Shown piece by piece: positions 16,533 to 16,719 of a stretch of 16,719 nucleotides of DNA. The notes beneath the pieces were generated by a model that saw only the letters and a program-made list of their open reading frames with translations, was not told where the DNA came from and ran no database searches. The translations under genes were made by a program, and so were the position numbers. The stretch's first letter is position 1. Each line of letters opens with the position of its first letter. Source of the stretch: Limisphaerales bacterium (GTDB lineage Bacteria > Verrucomicrobiota > Verrucomicrobiia > Limisphaerales > JAJOIW01); NCBI GenBank assembly GCA_965657355.1, contig CBFHOE010000001.1, positions 409,564 to 426,282 on the forward strand. The letters are read 5' to 3'.

Positions 16533-16719
16533 TTGATCATAATGAGAAATTTTTTCATTAAATGAAAATCTCAGAGCCATTTGAGAATCAAAAACTTAGA
16601 GAAATATCGATCTAAATCCCATTGTTCAGGAAAAAAAATAAGTTGCTATATTGACAGTAACATCGGATGGTTTTCTTGGTTAGTGTCCAAATTGTGGCAT
16701 GAAATAGTCCTATTTTGGG

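Noticed and set aside
16540..16560. AT-rich inverted repeat TAATGAGA-N5-TTTCATTA after the DUF1501 gene
   Set aside because: Almost all A-U pairs and no U-tract; not a credible intrinsic terminator.
16651..16686. Perfect TTGACA near the right edge
   Set aside because: No -10 hexamer at 16-18 nt spacing, and the downstream gene is not visible.
1..16719. CRISPR arrays, IS/transposases, integrases, tRNA/rRNA, known riboswitches, defence systems
   Set aside because: By eye I found no regularly spaced repeats, terminal inverted repeats, recombinase motifs or recognisable RNA consensus sequences.

Overview
Bacterial housekeeping/catabolic window. The gene content (planctomycete cytochrome c/DUF1549/DUF1553 gene paired with a Tat-exported DUF1501 gene, a secreted sulfatase, an EcxA-like metzincin) suggests a PVC-superphylum organism (Verrucomicrobiota/Planctomycetota); this is an inference. 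Gene order: (1) an unannotated, edge-truncated Cys-rich small ORF (-); (2) a 1490-aa GH13 + amylo-alpha-1,6-glucosidase fusion resembling a bifunctional glycogen debranching enzyme (-); (3) a Cys-type arylsulfatase (+); (4) an MDP-1-like HAD-fold protein with degenerate catalytic motifs (-); (5) a 954-aa Zn metalloprotease with a poly-Glu/Lys insert (+), followed by an intrinsic terminator and a ~400-bp intergenic region with several hairpins; (6) a two-CxxCH PSCyt/DUF1549/DUF1553 protein with a LamG-like domain inserted near its C-terminus (+); (7) a DUF1501 protein (+). I saw no mobile element, CRISPR array, rRNA or tRNA. No new system is proven here. The best leads are the HAD pseudo-phosphatase, the Cys-rich ORF missing from the ORF track, the eukaryote-like debranching fusion, the DUF1553-DUF1501 module and a possible structured RNA at ~10640-10830. 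All family assignments come from motif recognition by eye, not database searches.
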